Assembly (NCBI GenBank): GCA_965287045.1
Contig: OZ336885.1
Coordinates: 63,922,001-63,986,000, forward strand
Length of the DNA stretch: 64,000 bases
Origin: Carcharhinus amblyrhynchos
Taxonomy: Eukaryota
Direction of reading: 5' to 3'
Shown: piece after piece, positions 63,161-64,000 of the stretch
How positions within the stretch are numbered: the stretch's first letter is position 1
Layout of the letters: each line of letters starts with the position of its first letter
Position numbers and translations under genes: made by a program
Notes under the pieces: model-generated
Seen by the model: only the letters and a program-made list of their open reading frames with translations
Told to the model about the DNA's origin: nothing
Databases searched by the model: none

Positions 63161-63921
63161 CTGAAAATAAAGGACTGTGTATACCGTTTTGTACGCGAGC
63201 ACAACGGTGGTGATGGTTCACTGGTCGCAGCTTAGGAACACTCAACTGATATTTACTTAAATTTCCTCAATTGCAAACTTTTTTTTTCGACGGGTTCAGG
63301 AGAGTAAAATATACCCAATCTCCTCTTGTGGTCAAGATGATAACAATGAGACCTGTATGATACTCAGTTCAATGTTCACAACAAAAAACATCGAACAACA
63401 TTTCAATCTGTTCGTGCCTGCTCTGAGTAGACGTAACATTGGGCTCAAGACAAGTACAAAGGACTATTTTGCACAGCTGTGCGCGGTTTGCAATGAACGA
63501 GATAATGCCTTTGAAAGACAACATCAAACACAGGTGTCATCTTCCGAGGCATGAGCAATTTGATTCCATTCTTCTGATATATCACAGACAAGGAGCATCA
63601 CTACAAAGTCACGATTTATTCTCCATTTATATATTTTTGAACTTATTCAACAATGAAAATGTGTCTGTTCGGTTGGATGCCAGAAAAAAATATTTTCAGT
63701 TTCCAAATTATCTGAATATGTTGATGACCCTTGGGATAATAATACATTTCCTCCAAAACGATGCGTTTCGTTTGTGGTTATTAGTCATATCGTTTAAAGT
63801 GTCACCCTCTATATCCGAAGTATTATTTGACTCCAGGTGTTTCATGACAAAACTTTTACCAGCTTGAAAAGTGTTTTAAATCATAATACATTGATTCAAA
63901 ATAAGAATGTAAAATACCCAC

Positions 63922-63957
63922 CTGACTTCTTCAATGCAGCTTCGTTGGCACTGAGAT
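63922..63957 (-). CDS. Micro-exon, 36 nt, phase 1: (D)LSANEAALKKS
   Basis: tattttctgcattgcag|ATCTCAGTGCCAACGAAGCTGCATTGAAGAAGTCAG|gtgggt. Confidence 0.8.
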
Positions 63958-64000
63958 CTGCAATGCAGAAAATATACGGAACCGCCTGAAAGTTCGGGCT

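Larger units (their letters stand above)
5..63957 (-). other. Putative multi-micro-exon host gene spanning the window (both ends lie outside it); coiled-coil-like product, identity unknown
   Basis: About 20 short minus-strand segments with polypyrimidine+YAG acceptor and GT donor. Lengths are 6/9/12/15/21/27/36/39/48 nt, open in phase 1, mostly starting A(A/G/T) and ending G. Manual prediction only. Confidence 0.75.

Noticed and set aside
1-64000. CRISPR arrays, rRNA or prokaryotic operons
   Set aside because: None seen; the sequence is vertebrate intronic DNA.

Overview
Eukaryotic, repeat-rich DNA from a cartilaginous fish (elasmobranch), judged from HE1-type tRNA V-SINEs and shark-type CR1 LINE tails. 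There is no intact long ORF: the ORF track is transposon remnants or chance ORFs. The main result is invisible in that track. A minus-strand gene appears to cross the whole window as about 20 tiny AG/GT-bounded exons of 6-48 nt. Almost all are multiples of 3 and open in phase 1, and they encode a Glu/Lys/Leu-rich, coiled-coil-like peptide with a few Cys and N-x-S sites. Several similar exons look decayed or carry stop codons. I cannot name this gene, and the exon calls are manual predictions without transcript evidence. The introns hold: a degenerate two-gene Harbinger/PIF transposon; three solo LTRs of one family (two with 4-bp TSDs); a fairly young CR1 with a nested HE1 SINE; a ~575-bp-arm inverted duplication; many old CR1/L2/Penelope fragments; and a ~8.7-kb decayed basal-type endogenous retrovirus (gag-CCHC, pro, RT, tether plus RNase H, IN, env-like remnant). 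Boundaries of old repeats are approximate.
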